Below, piece after piece: positions 13,506 to 26,634 of a stretch of 53,120 nt of DNA. The stretch's first letter is position 1. Every line of letters starts with the position of its first letter. Below the pieces are notes generated by a model that saw only the letters and a list, made by a program, of their open reading frames with translations, was not told where the DNA came from and did not search any database. The position numbers and the translations under genes are program-made. This DNA comes from Girardia tigrina (taxonomy: Eukaryota). The DNA lies in the NCBI GenBank assembly GCA_001938485.1, contig MQRK01241884.1, positions 1-53,120 on the forward strand, in the 5' to 3' direction.

Positions 13506-14234
13506 GTGTCACTCGTCAAGAATTTTGTAGATGGTTTTCGGATCTTAAAGTTAACTTCCAAACTTCACTCAAAAACTTAGTTAAATGAAGTAATTATAAC
13601 GTATCGATGGAAACTCATTAGCTGCAATACATAAGTAACTTTCTTTAAAAACCGGTTTCTCTAGTTTCAATAATTAGAAAAAATATTTTTATGTTAATAA
13701 GCTGTTTACAATAGCTTGAAAAAAAGTTTTAGAAACAAAATCTGGTAAATTAGAAAAGATAAATACATTTTTATTCAATATTTTAAATAAATTTTCAACC
13801 AACAAAGAAAAGGTAAAGAAAAAATCTGAAAAATTTAGATCAATAATACATTGAGCGCAATTTTATTCAAATATGAAATGGGATTCATTTAATATTTCTG
13901 TGAAGAAATTGAATCAAAACTATATTGATTTCCTGATTTTTAGAATTTTCTTTGATAAAAATGTAATAATAATAAATTGTTTGAAATATAATAAAAAAAT
14001 TACGATATATTTATCATTTATTTATTATATATAAAATTTTTATTTTATTTGTGTGGGAGAAATAAAATGAAAGAAATTTCAATACGAAAAAAATTATTTT
14101 TAGATATTTTTCATTTTGAGAAAGGAAAGAAAATATTTTCTGTATAATTTTGGTTTTATTTGTCGTAAATGGGAAATTTGTTTACTTAAGTAAAAGTAGG
14201 ATAAATTTGTTGCAAAAATAGTTTTTTTTGTTTG

Positions 14235-14560
14235 TGTGAGGAATATTTGAATGTTATTTTAGATTGGTGACTCTTATTAATTTATTTTAATTTAATAAAT
14301 TTTAAATTTTAACGAGAATTAAATAAAAGTTTGTAATTTGGAATTTTATAATTTATACTTTTGTAAGTTAGAATTTGCATGGGAATGTTATATAATAGAA
14401 TTTGAAAGCCAGCTTTTATTTTAAAAATATTGTTTAGTAATTTTAACCAATTGGATTTTTGAAAAATAAATATTTTTGTTTAGAACTGAAATAATTATTA
14501 AAAGAATATATCAATCAAAAAATAATGAATAATTCATAGAAACTTCTAAAGATTGTTGTA
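14235..14560 (-). mobile_element. solo-LTR-like family, truncated copy F
   Basis: Begins TGTGAGGAATATTTGAATGTT (rc of the family 3' end) and has TTTAACCAAT (rc of the internal ATTGGTTAAA motif) near 14445; other end not resolved. Confidence 0.5.
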
Positions 14561-14580
14561 ATAACGATTTTGTTAATTAA

Positions 14581-14798
14581 TATTAAGAACGTAAATTTTT
14601 TTTTGAATTTTTTTTTAATAAGTACAATTTCAATATAATCTTTTACAAAACCTTTGAAATATGACTCTTACATTTTAAGAAATTCAATTATTACTTTGCT
14701 CGAATAATTCGATTATTAAACTCATTTAAAAAATCCAAACCCTAAACAACATACCAAGTACAACATACAATAAACACCATCAGAATATATTTCTCACA
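14581..14798 (+). mobile_element. solo-LTR-like family, short copy G (218 bp)
   Basis: TATTAAGAAC...CAACATACAA...TATTTCTCACA; flanks ATTAA / ATTTA (4/5). Confidence 0.55.
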
Positions 14799-15158
14799 AT
14801 TTATTATATGAAATAACGCAAATAGCTAAACCGTTATTAATTTATTTTAAAAGAACAATTTTAGCCAGGAAAATTAATTAAATTTTAACCTTCCATTATG
14901 ACGCAGCGTCTTTTATATATAATATTTATATTTAAATTTATTAAAACGAAAAGATTTTTATCAGTGAATAAAATGATTATTTTAACAATTGTTTATCTAA
15001 TTAAATGGCGATTAATGCAGAACGATTTGCTCTTTGTTTAAGATTCTAGAGACGGGATGCATAAACGAGCACAATTCAGACATGGCACCTATCCAAATTC
15101 CATAAGCTACACCAATTACCAATTTGTTACAATATTTTTTTTCATAATAGATATTAAT

Positions 15159-16515
15159 TGTTATGAGAACTCACACAATGAGACAATCGATAGTTGAACC
15201 TCCAGTCGTTGACATAGAATTTCTTTGTAAAAAATATTAAAAAAATTACAACAAATTTCATTGGTTAAAATTAAAATAAATATCAATTATTATTAGGTGT
15301 ACAAGTATGAAATGCGCATTTCAGAAAACGGATTGTGCACAATGCAAAAAGTAGGTCAATGTTTAGGCAATGATGTCATAATATTGAGTAATTATGTAGT
15401 GTCTCATACGTAACTCATAAATTGATAAAGCGTTTTNNNNNNNNNNNNNNNNNNNNNNNNNNNNNNNNNNNNNNNNNNNNNNNNNNNNNNNNNNNNNNNN
15501 NNNNNNNNNNNNNNNNNNNNNNNNNNNNNNNNNNNNNNNNNNNNNNNNNNNNNNNNNNNNNNNNNNNNNNNNNNNNNNNNNNNNNNNNNNNNNNNNNNNN
15601 NNNNNNNNNNNNNNNNNNNNNNNNNNNNNNNNNNNNNNNNNNNNNNNNNNNNNNNNNNNNNNNNNNNNNNNNNNNNNNNNNNNNNNNNNNNNNNNNNNNN
15701 NNNNNNNNNNNNNNNNNNNNNNNNNNNNNNNNNNNNNNNNNNNNNNNNNNNNNNNNNNNNNNNNNNNNNNNNNNNNNNNNNNNNNNNNNNNNNNNNNNNN
15801 NNNNNNNNNNNNNNNNNNNNNNNNNNNNNNNNNNNNNNNNNNNNNNNNNNNNNNNNNNNNNNNNNNNNNNNNNNNNNNNNNNNNNNNNNNNNNNNNNNNN
15901 NNNNNNNNNNNNNNNNNNNNNNNNNNNNNNNNNNNNNNNNNNNNNNNNNNNNNNNNNNNNNNNNNNNNNNNNNNNNNNNNNNNNNNNNNNNNGAGGAAAT
16001 GAATTGGGAAGTTTTACCTCATGCGGCTTATTCACCAGACTTGGCTCCTTCAGATTACCATTTGTTTGCATCGATGGGTCACGCACTTGCTAAGCAGCGC
16101 TTTGATTCTTATAAAAATGTGCAAAAATGGGTCGATGAATGGTTCATGGAAAAAAGGAAGACTTTTACTGGCGAGGTAACCACAATTTAAGATATAGATG
16201 GGACAAATGTATCATTAGTAATGGAGCATATTTTGAATAAAGCTTTTTCTATCGTTCTTTTGTTTTTAACGTATTTATTTTCAAAATTTAATCCGCATTT
16301 CATACTTGTACACCTAATAAAAAGAAATATTTTGATTATTTTTTTAAAAATCAAATCGTTCACAATCTCTCAACTATATTCAATTAAAAGTAAATTTAAA
16401 CAATTAATTTTAAATTAAATTTTTTCCAGAAAATAAAAATTAAAATATTAATCAGCCATCTTGGTAGGAGAGTCATAATTCAAAATCTACACACAACATT
16501 CAAATATTTCTAACA
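15159..16515 (+). mobile_element. solo-LTR-like family, copy B, interrupted by a mariner
   Basis: TGTTATGAGAACTCACA...ATTGGTTAAAA [mariner] ...CCATCTTGGTAGGAGA...AAATATTTCTAACA; flanks TTAAT / TTAAC (4/5). Confidence 0.7.
15293..16317 (+). mobile_element. mariner, mauritiana (Mos1-like) subfamily, centre in assembly gap
   Basis: TIR TTAGGTGTACAAGTATGAAATGCG at both ends with TA TSD; [28 protein letters not shown]; frameshift in the A-run near 16150 before FYWRG...RWDKCIISNGAYFE*. Confidence 0.95.
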
Positions 16516-19185
16516 TTAACAACAGTTTTTAAAAACATTTTATTTCCTTTTATAATGTTGAATTAAAGTATTAGTTGTGTACAGATGGTAGAAAGGTAAG
16601 CATAATATTAAGGCAGTTATATCAGAGTTTTGTAACATTATAGAAAAATGTTAATTACATGTATTACTATTGGTGTTATAAAAGAAGTTTCTTCTAGGTT
16701 AAATATTTATCTTTGGCATTGCACTATAAATTCTTTATTAATTTAATTAAAATTTTAAACAAATTTAAATAAAAATAAAAATACTTATAACATTTTACTT
16801 CAAAAATAACATATAATTAATTTATTCTTTACCTGATTTAAGATTATAATTGAGTGTTCAACTTTTTGTTATACTTTATGAAAATTATGAAAATCCTTTT
16901 CGATTTAATTAATGAAATTGCTTTATTTTTCGAAATCATCTTAAATAGTGAATATGAAATTTTAGTTGAAATTTGCACTTCGCCAAAATAATATATTATT
17001 TTTTTTAAATTTCAATGTTTTAAAAAATTAAATGAATATAAATAGTTTTAAAATAAAAAATGATCTTAAAAGGAATTTTAAAATAAATTAAAATTAATTA
17101 ACGGATTAAAATTTATAATATTTGAATACATAATATTTTACATAAAAGGTTTATGGTAAATTTAAATTTAGTAGTTTTATGATAAAATTTTATAAAAAAA
17201 GTTTTAGTTATAATTAAAAAATTATATTTAAGTTAAATTTTACAAATTAAATTGGAAGAAAAATTTAATAGATGGAATTTGGCGAAATAATTGAATTAAA
17301 AAGAAATTTGTTTATATATTTATATTATTGTCATGAATAAAGTTTTGCGATAATTATGATTTCTGAAATTTCGGATAATGAAAATAGCATAAACTCTATT
17401 TACAGTGATTACTAACTGTAACTTGAACTTAAAATCGATTCAATTTTTATAAAAGAAATCATCATGTATCACCAAGTATCAAATCATCTGTATCAGTTAA
17501 AAGAAAACCCCAAAGAAACCTCAATAATGAAGGATTAAAGAAGTGGTGACTGTAATTCAGTCCTTGTTTACTATTTGATGTAATAACCACTCAACCCTAC
17601 ACTTAATCTTTAACACGTTTCTTTTAGAATCAGTTTTTTTTTCTCTTTTTAAAATAAGATTAGTATTTTCATTTGTATAAGTATTGTCTGAATTCAGGAA
17701 TGAAAGTAACTACAAAGATAGTATTCTAATCGGACGGACGAGAGTAAATTTAACGACCCACTTTAATATAAAATCAGTATTGATTCTTTAGAAGAAGATA
17801 CTTAATAAAATATTGCGAACGTAAAGGTTTTATCCTAGAGTTTTGCAAAGAACGACTATAATAAAATTCTTCTTAAGTCACAGGATATGTTTTAGAGTTT
17901 GTTGATACCAGTGAATTATATTAATGACGTTTAAGGATAAAATGTGTTTTGAAAGTCAAAATCAGGGTCCAATTTTAAAAGCTACTTTTACAAAAAGAAA
18001 ATAAAGAATTTTTAAGAAAAAGAGTGGTTGCGAAAAGTTAATGTACATTTCTTCTTTATTTGATCTCCAGGCCAGAAAGGATCACGTTGAGGAATGGGAA
18101 ATGTAGAAGTAAAATATGGAGAGGCAAACATTTTTTTTGAATAAAATGTTTGGTACACAAATTTTGTGTGTACCCCTCTTTGGTTTTTATATATTCTTGA
18201 ATGTAATTTCTTAAGTACATAAATGTAAAAAAGGGTAAACAAAAAACAATAACCTTAGACTTGATAAATTTTAAAATTTGGCACAATTTCAGAACGATTT
18301 TTCTGTATATAAAAGTAAATAAATAAATCAAAAATTATTTAGAAAGTTTATATTTTTTGTATTATTTTTTTTAAAAACATTACTTTTGTATATTCAGTTA
18401 TTTTGATATATTTAATTTTATTTTTCAGAAATTATATTTTCTTGTTTAAATTATTTTAAAAAGACATGTGTTGTGATTGTACAAATGAAGGTTTTATAAA
18501 AGTTGTTAGTTTGAAAAGTCGAAATATTCTTCTTTTGCCTTTAAGTCACCTTGACGCTACCTTGTCATTTCGGTACGTAGGACATTTCTTACGAAGGCAT
18601 TCAGAAGCGGAAAAGATAATTTGGTGCAAACGTATGCAAAAAAATTCCCAACCGGGAAATGTAGGAAATCCATTGTTCTTTTTCCTCGCTATTGTTTTTA
18701 TTCTTCTGTTTCAAATTAAGATTTACCGACTTACTGAGGTTAGTTGATTTAGAGTGTTTTTCATTTAAAAATATGAGTCGATTTTCAGAAATTTTAAGCT
18801 AATAAATATTAGTTTAAAAGGAAAAATAACATTATCCGTCAAAGGATTTAATTATATTCGCAATGATAAATTTTTGGATATTTAAATTATCTATTAGAGA
18901 TTTTTTTAAATGTTTATATTAATTTATTTAAATTAAAATATGTAAAAAATAAAATATTTTTACAATCATATGAGAAGAATTGTTTGGGTTTTACTAACGA
19001 GAGCCTTGTCGTTGTTTGAATATATGAATATAAATTTAAATGTTAAAATTAAAAGTTAGATTCCTTGAAACATTCGTTGGACGCCCTAATTAGAAGGAAA
19101 CTTTGTTAATAATACCAAAATCATAAAGAAAATTCTAGTTATTTTATAAAAAATAAATAATAATATAATGAAAATTAAGGTCATT

Positions 19186-19677
19186 TATTATAAGATTTAT
19201 TCACGAAAGAAAAGTGTTTCAAGAGATAATTCGTCATCTCCGCTCTAAAATTGATGAACATACTCAACCGAGTAGAAATAGTTCGATTTTAAGAGATACT
19301 AAAAATGCCAGGATAATCTTAATGATCAACAAAGAGATTTTAATTATTTATTAATTATTTATTAACTTTAAATAAATCAAAGTTTTATATCAAATTGTTA
19401 AAAATGAATTTAAATTTAAATTTCATTATATTAAACATTTTACACACATATATTATAAAAGCTATAGTTTAAAATTTTCTAAACTAATGAAAATATCTTT
19501 CAGTTAAAATATTGAAATCAGATTATTATCGTTTCGATATTATTATTCGAATAATCGATAAGCGTAATTAAAAAAATATACCAATTTCATCTGGGTTAGC
19601 GAATCACTATTTTTAATTCAATAATCAAATCAACATACTGTATTCTTCCATTCCTACAATTTAAAATATTCCTCACA
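19186..19677 (+). mobile_element. solo-LTR-like family, copy E (5' boundary tentative)
   Basis: 3' part CCAATTTCATCTGGGTTAGCGAATCA...AAATCAACATAC...AAAATATTCCTCACA closely matches the rc of 30523-30640; possible TSD TCATT / ACATT. Confidence 0.6.
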
Positions 19678-20197
19678 ACATTAATTATAATCAAAATAAA
19701 ATCAATTTTTCTTAATTAAATGTTTATATTTTTGGTTTTCCTAAATAATTCTGTTAATTTAATAATAAAATATGTATAAACATTTTTATTCAATTTATCA
19801 AGATCAACATGACAAATATCGATCTAATACAAGTAGACATTCAAAAACTATTATAAATAAAAAATAATATTTTATATAAAATATAAAATTTATAAAATTT
19901 ATAAAATATGAATTTAAAATTTTAATTAAAAGGAAAACTCGCAATTGAATTATTTTCTATAATTATTTTAAAGAAAAATATAGATAATAATTATTTACAA
20001 ATTTTTATAACATTATAAATTTTGAAAAAATTATAAATTAATAATTATTGTTTCATAAAAAAATGTTTAAAGTTAAATTATTAATACAAACTCTGAATTA
20101 AAACCGAATTCCCGAAACGTAAAGATATTTTTTTGAGGTATGATATATTAATGTTTGCAAAAAGATCTTCTTGAATACAGAAAAATAGGTCTGACTA

Positions 20198-21800
20198 TGG
20201 TAGACAGGAAAAAAGAGACCAAGAAAAAAGAGACAAGAAAAAAGAGACCAGAAAAAACCAGAAAAAAGAAACTGGGGAAAAAAGACTACATGGAACTAAA
20301 GAAATGAAAACTTTAAGTAAATCTAAAAAAAATAAAATATTCTCGTAATTTTTTTTCTAAAATTTAGTAGCAATTTCTTTTAATATTAGCTTTAAAATAA
20401 TCTTTTTAATGTACATTTACTGTTTACATATAAACTTTTTTGCGAAATATAAAAGTTGCGAGCATTCGGTATAGGTTAATTTGAAAAACTATTATTATTT
20501 CCTACCTTATCAAATTTTTGTCATAAGTTCAATTTATTATTACATTAAAATTAGAAAACCTGGTCAAATTATTTAAAATTCCTGACTGTAGTTTGATATT
20601 TGTTGACTTGTTTTTTGGAGTTATCATGGTCGAATTTATACACCAAACGTCGTTCAAAAAGGGTCTATCTATTAGTAGACTCAAAGGAGACTTGATTCTT
20701 TAATAGTGAAACTTTCAATATTTAAATCGAAAAATTCTGTAATAAACCATTCTTCAAAGAGTTTCTTTGTGGATCAATTTAAATAAAATTTTAATAATTC
20801 ATTATTTTAAAATTATAACTATCCTAAAAGGTTTTTCATAGAAAGTAAATCTCAGTTCATCAAATTAAGATTATATGATTTTTGTGAAGATAGAATTTCT
20901 TACATTTCTTACTTTTACTTTCAAATGATTAAAGATTAAAAACGCTTTCTTTCTGATAAAATATCTTGTACTTGCGTGCTATCAATTACGCCTAAACTAC
21001 ATAGGTCAATGTTCTCTCGTTCCGAATAACATGTTTCAACCAAGTTTTATACCTAATTATATTTCAAAATAACAAAGATCTTGATACAAAAATATTTTTT
21101 ATCCAGCAAATATTGCAGTACATGGCATAAAAATCTAAATAAATAAACTTTTTACTTTAAAATCTACATTAGATTTCCGAAAAAGAACTTTTGAAAATAA
21201 GAATGCTTTTCAAGAATTCGTATTTATAGCTTGGTTAACTTTCAGTTTTTTATCTTTGAAACTTTCAAGATCCCAAAAATTAATTTTAGGATTGGCTGAG
21301 CCCCAATTTTGTATTATTATTAGATCTTTGAAAATAGGTTTTAGAAATGTAAAAGCGTTAATAATTAAGAAATAAGGAAGATAGATATGTACATATTTAT
21401 GATATCCAAGAAAATTCTAAAAAAAACGTTTTCTAGGAAATTTGAAATGATTTTAGGATGTAAATTTTATTTTGCTCTTATAATAAGATAGAACAAGTTG
21501 GTTATATTTATAGTTATTTAAATTCATTATAGATAAAGTATAATTAAAGTATCAGAATTATACTTCTCAACATAATTCGAGAAAAATTTTTAACGGTATG
21601 GTAAGGTTTATCAAAGAGAAAAAATGATTCAGAGATTATGGGCCTAAGTAATTGGAAATATTTAAAAATATACAAATTATTACGATTTGATACATGTCTC
21701 ACCACAATATACTGAAAATAATTGGTTGTACGTATTGAAGGAGAAAATGAAATTTGAACGGTTATTATTTATAATTTGACTAAATAATATTACCCCTCTC
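20198..21800. mobile_element. highly decayed DNA transposon remnant (MULE-like terminus)
   Basis: Array of GAAAAAAGAGAC-like subrepeats at 20207-20290, typical of subterminal repeats; the adjoining sequence looks like decayed coding DNA but gives no clean motif. Right boundary uncertain. Confidence 0.3.
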
Positions 21801-22335
21801 TATAATTAATTTAAGTTATTAAACCTATCAATAATCTTAAAAAATACATTTAAAATTATTTTACTGCAAAAAAATATTTGTGCTTAAAATTTGACACATA
21901 TTAATGTTTTCAGATACATAGCTTTGATAAAGTATGTATGAAATTTATTTTGAGCCCTCTTTCTTTACTTACCATACAAAATAAAATTCTACTAATTATA
22001 AATGCAAAAATCAACAACGCGACATAAGTACAAAATTAGATTTAAAGAGGAAAACCGATGGATATTCCTGAAAAAACTACTCATGACCTTTACCTTGAGA
22101 GACTCAATGGCCAGTTAATGGTTTTCACAATAGATTTTTTGACTAGTAGAAGTACCCTAGACGCTTATTTAAACTTATATTATATTTTTTATAAGAATAT
22201 TTTTTTCAATAAAATAATAACGTTCGGACACATATTTGCCTTCCTTCTAACCTAAAATTCTTTAATAATTCTTCAGGTAAAACATTTATCATTTTCTAAT
22301 TGTTCCTATTCATTAATAATTTGCATTTATAAATA

Positions 22336-23532
22336 TTAGGTGTACAAGTATGAAATGCGGATTAAATTTTGAAAAGAAATACGTTAAAAACAAAAGAACG
22401 ATAAAAAAAGCTTTATTCAAAATATGCTCCATTACTAATGATANNNNNNNNNNNNNNNNNNNNNNNNNNNNNNNNNNNNNNNNNNNNNNNNNNNNNNNNN
22501 NNNNNNNNNNNNNNNNNNNNNNNNNNNNNNNNNNNNNNNNNNNNNNNNNNNNNNNNNNNNNNNNNNNNNNNNNNNNNNNNNNNNNNNNNNNNNNNNNNNN
22601 NNNNNNNNNNNNNNNNNNNNNNNNNNNNNNNNNNNNNNNNNNNNNNNNNNNNNNNNNNNNNNNNNNNNNNNNNNNNNNNNNNNNNNNNNNNNNNNNNNNN
22701 NNNNNNNNNNNNNNNNNNNNNNNNNNNNNNNNNNNNNNNNNNNNNNNNNNNNNNNNNNNNNNNNNNNNNNNNNNNNNNNNNNNNNNNNNNNNNNNNNNNN
22801 NNNNNNNNNNNNNNNNNNNNNNNNNNNNNNNNNNNNNNNNNNNNNNNNNNNNNNNNNNNNNNNNNNNNNNNNNNNNNNNNNNNNNNNNNNNNNNNNNNNN
22901 NNNNNNNNNNNNNNNNNNNNNNNNNNNNNNNNNNNNNNNNNNNNNNNNNNNNNNNNNNNNNNNNNNNNNNNNNNNNNNNNNNNNNNNNNNNNNNNNNNNN
23001 NNNNNNNNNNNNNNNNNNNNNNNNNNNNNNNNNNNNNNNNNNNNNNNNNNNNNNNNNNNNNNNNNNNNNNNNNNNNNNNNNNNNNNNNNNNNNNNNNNNN
23101 NNNNNNNNNNNNNNNNNNNNNNNNNNNNNNNNNNAAGCTTGCAATTCCACATCTTCGAAACCTTTTCGTGATTTCCCATGGTCCTTATCTGCAACATCAA
23201 AGTCACCACCATGGAAGCGCCGAAACCATCGTTCACATGTATCTTGCGATGGGACATATTCACCATAAACTTCTTGGAGTAATCGGTATGATTCAGCAGC
23301 AGTTTTCTTTAGATGGTAACAAAAAATTAGTACCGTCCGCGAATGCTCCCTGCTTGGCATAAATTTGGACATCTAAAACACAGAANTACAACAATTATTA
23401 AAACGCTTTATCAATTTATGAGTTACGTATGAGACACTACATAATTACTCAATATTATGACACCATTGACCTACTTTTTGCATTGTGCACAATCCGTTTT
23501 CTGAAATCCGCATTTCATACTTGTACACCTAA
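22336..23532 (-). mobile_element. mariner, mauritiana (Mos1-like) subfamily, centre in assembly gap
   Basis: Same TIR as the 15293 copy, TA TSD (22334-22335, 23533-23534); ORF 23372->22413 MSKFMPSREHSRTVLIFCYHLKKTAAES...TCERWF.RF..GDFDV.DK.HGK matches the Mos1 N-terminus as I recall it; ends ISNGAYFE. Confidence 0.95.
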
Positions 23533-23972
23533 TAATATCATTCTGTATACATTGTCTAATAATATATGTTTGATTTTGATATTATATTCAAAAATAATAT
23601 TATTCGATATACATTTCATATAATATAACTTTCAAAATTTATAAAATTCTTTATTTTCATATTTATATTTATTCAGAAAGAAAATAGAAATAAAAAACTA
23701 TAATCTAAATGAAAAAAAGTAAATGCAATAGTTATTATGATTAAAAACATTAATATATAAGATAATTGTTTTGCTAATATAATAATTTAAGGGGAATACT
23801 TAAACAATTATAAGTATAGAGACTGATTTTTGTGAAGAATGATGATGGTGAAGAGTTGCTTCTTCCATAATGAATAAGTCGGTATGTACTGCTTTGGTAA
23901 AGAGTGAGCCATCCACGGAAAAATTCATGAAAGTTTTTTGGATTTGATAATAACAAAATATATGTGATATAA

Positions 23973-24339
23973 TGTATCTTCGAATGAGGAATATTTTGAC
24001 TCAAATTATCGGTTCGAGTTTCGAGGATCAATCGTATATTCACGTTGGTGCAGCGGGCAAGATGGCGGCTTTCATTTCCTCGTGCAAACACTATCTCTAT
24101 CCGGTGGGTTATTTCATCGTGTCGGGTTTTTGTTGAGTGTTTGTCGACATCAGTATCCAGTCTCACTGTGACACTGACCGGGGCCAGGCGGGCATCTCTA
24201 CGCGACAAATACTCTTGAGCCCAACCTACTGCGAACTACGGAAACGAATAAAACAATATGCCGTTCTGCGATGTTCGAGCATTATCGGGTAAATTTGACG
24301 TTCTGGTAGGTGAAGAACTTCCGGCCCACTTTAGATACA
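23973..24339 (+). mobile_element. candidate solo LTR (different, more GC-rich family)
   Basis: Perfect 7-bp inverted ends TGTATCT...AGATACA, higher GC than flanks, AATAAA ~90 bp from the 3' end; no clean TSD. Confidence 0.4.
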
Positions 24340-24900
24340 AATATAGCTCTTTATTTTTTTAACAGATTATAGGACCATAATCATTACAAAATTACAGTCA
24401 TTAAATAATTAAGACATTTTACAATCCATTAACATATGAAAATACTCATATTCTTTTGGAAAATCTTGCACATAGTCCAAATATTTTTGATTAGATTTAA
24501 TTAACAATCTTGTTACAATTATTTGATGATATTGTTTTGAGTCTGGGATATAGTATAAGCGTTTCGTGTCAAGTTGTTTAGGACATTTCGGGAAAAAATT
24601 CTTCAAATGACTAGTATTGTTCATTTAGATTTATCATTTAATTGTATTAATAGAAGCGAAGAGCATATAAAAAATTCAGAACAATTTTAAGAAAAAATGA
24701 ACAATAAAATAAAATAAACAAAATAAAAAGTTACAGGAGAAGAACCCCTACGGACAATGAAACAAATTAAACAAACAAACCTTTCGCCACGAAGTCGTAG
24801 GAACCGTAAAGGCCAAACAGGCCGAGAATATTATAAAATTTATATTTTAACAATATTAAAAAACGCATTAAAGTTGAAAAAACTAAAAAAAATTAAATAA

Positions 24901-25001
24901 TTTTCGGCAAAGTGATTTTCGGTAAAATAATTTTTCGGCAAAATGAATTTTGGCAAAGTGAATTTCCCCGAAGTTATTTTCGGTAAAGTGATAGTGAAGC
25001 C
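24901..25001. repeat. 15-bp subterminal-type tandem repeats of a DNA transposon end
   Basis: About six units of TTTTCGG(C/T)AAAGTGA ending in GTGAAGCC. Confidence 0.55.
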
Positions 25002-25299
25002 TTAAAACGATTCAACCTAGTCATAAAAATATTGATAAAATCTTAACAATATTTTTTAAATTACCTTATTTTATAATTATTTTATTTTTAAACTTGTTTA
25101 TTTTTATTTTTGTACATTAAAAAAACATTCTATTTATAAATTAAAACGTCGTGTTTTTGCAAATGCATTTCACTGCAAACATAACAAATCATTATTTTTG
25201 TACGAAAATTTAGTAAATTTTTCTATTTAATAAATTAACTAATTACTTTGATATAACATTGTAACAAAAAAATTTACTAATATATTAATAATTGTAGAT

Positions 25300-26080
25300 G
25301 CAAAACCTTATTATTTAATTCACGAACTCGACAATTTTTAAAAAATTTTTTTTTATAAATTATATGAAAAATTTTGTATTTAATATGAAAAAATATCAAT
25401 TTCATATGAAAAAACTCAATTTAATTTGAAAATATCGATTTAATATGAACAATATCCATTTAATAAGAAAATTATCTATTTAATACAAATATTCAATTTG
25501 ATATGAAAAATTATCGATTTAATGGGAAAAAAATATCAATTTTATATGCAAAAAATGAATTTAATTGTAAAAAATATCGATTTAATAAGATAAAAAAACT
25601 TCTAGAATACAAATGTTTGCAAATCAGCATTCCACGAAGGAAGAAGTTTAATTAACTATAAATAAAATTTAACATTTGGAGTCTATTTTGCATAGTAAGT
25701 TAAAATTTTTTCATATTTAATTTATATTTTTTAATATTTTAATTGATAATCTTTCATGATAAACTCAAATTTTTGTCATATTAAACACATATGTCATATT
25801 AAATACCCATTTTCATATTAAATATATATTTTTCATAGAAAATTGATTTTTTTCATAATACGTACATAATGTTTCATTTTAAATTGAGAAATTTTTCATA
25901 TAGTTAGTGAATTCGGTAAAAATTGACTAGTTCATAAATTCGGCAATTACACTATTTAGTAAACTGTTGCCGATTTCACGAATTCGGCAAAATATTTTGC
26001 CTAATTCGTGAATTCGGCAATTTTTCTTGCTTAATTCACGAATTCGGCAAAATGATTGCAAATTCTGCATAACATATATA
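25300..26080. repeat. foldback-like element: inverted ~20-bp minisatellite arrays plus a 30-bp tandem array
   Basis: TTTAATATGAAAAAATATC-type units at ~25355-25595, their reverse complements (TTTTTCATATTAAA) at ~25700-25900, then TTCACGAATTCGGCAA units with ~30-bp period at 25905-26055. Confidence 0.6.
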
Positions 26081-26602
26081 ATGTAAAATATTTAAAGAAA
26101 TATTTGAAAAATCAAATTTTAAAATATTATAGTTTTGTATGTTTCGATTGACCTTGGTCATTATCAGCAATTAATTACTTATTTATTAACGAAAGACCTA
26201 ACTCAATTTGTTTGAATGAAATCAATATAATTACTGCTTTCATAAGGCAAAGTTCACGAAAAATCATTTCTGAATTTCACGAATTACATTCGTACCCGTA
26301 CTGATTTCTCAACAGGAATGTCGGGTAATAACAATCTTCTATTCCTAGATGAATGAGAAATTGAAAACGGACTGGTACAATAAATAATTAAATAAATATA
26401 TGTCCATGTAGAAATTGATTTTGAAATATAAAATTAAGACTAATATTAGGCTAGTATGATAATATCCGCTATCACAATATCACGACAGAAAATGAGAAGA
26501 GAGTGCTGAGATTGTAAAAAATTCATTTTCTGAAGGGTTGAGCAGATTTTCAAATTATATTTATAATTTATATTTATGGCTTAAATCAAATCCTAAATTG
26601 AA

Positions 26603-26634
<32 letters not shown>

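Noticed and set aside
15415-23268. Long poly-X ORFs
   Set aside because: Artefacts of N gaps; only the mariner frames are meaningful.
23774-24208. 144-aa minus-strand ORF
   Set aside because: No domain motif, non-ATG start, overlaps a candidate solo LTR.
25905-26055. CRISPR-like repeat-spacer array
   Set aside because: Eukaryotic context, spacers are short and related to each other, no cas genes; it is a minisatellite.
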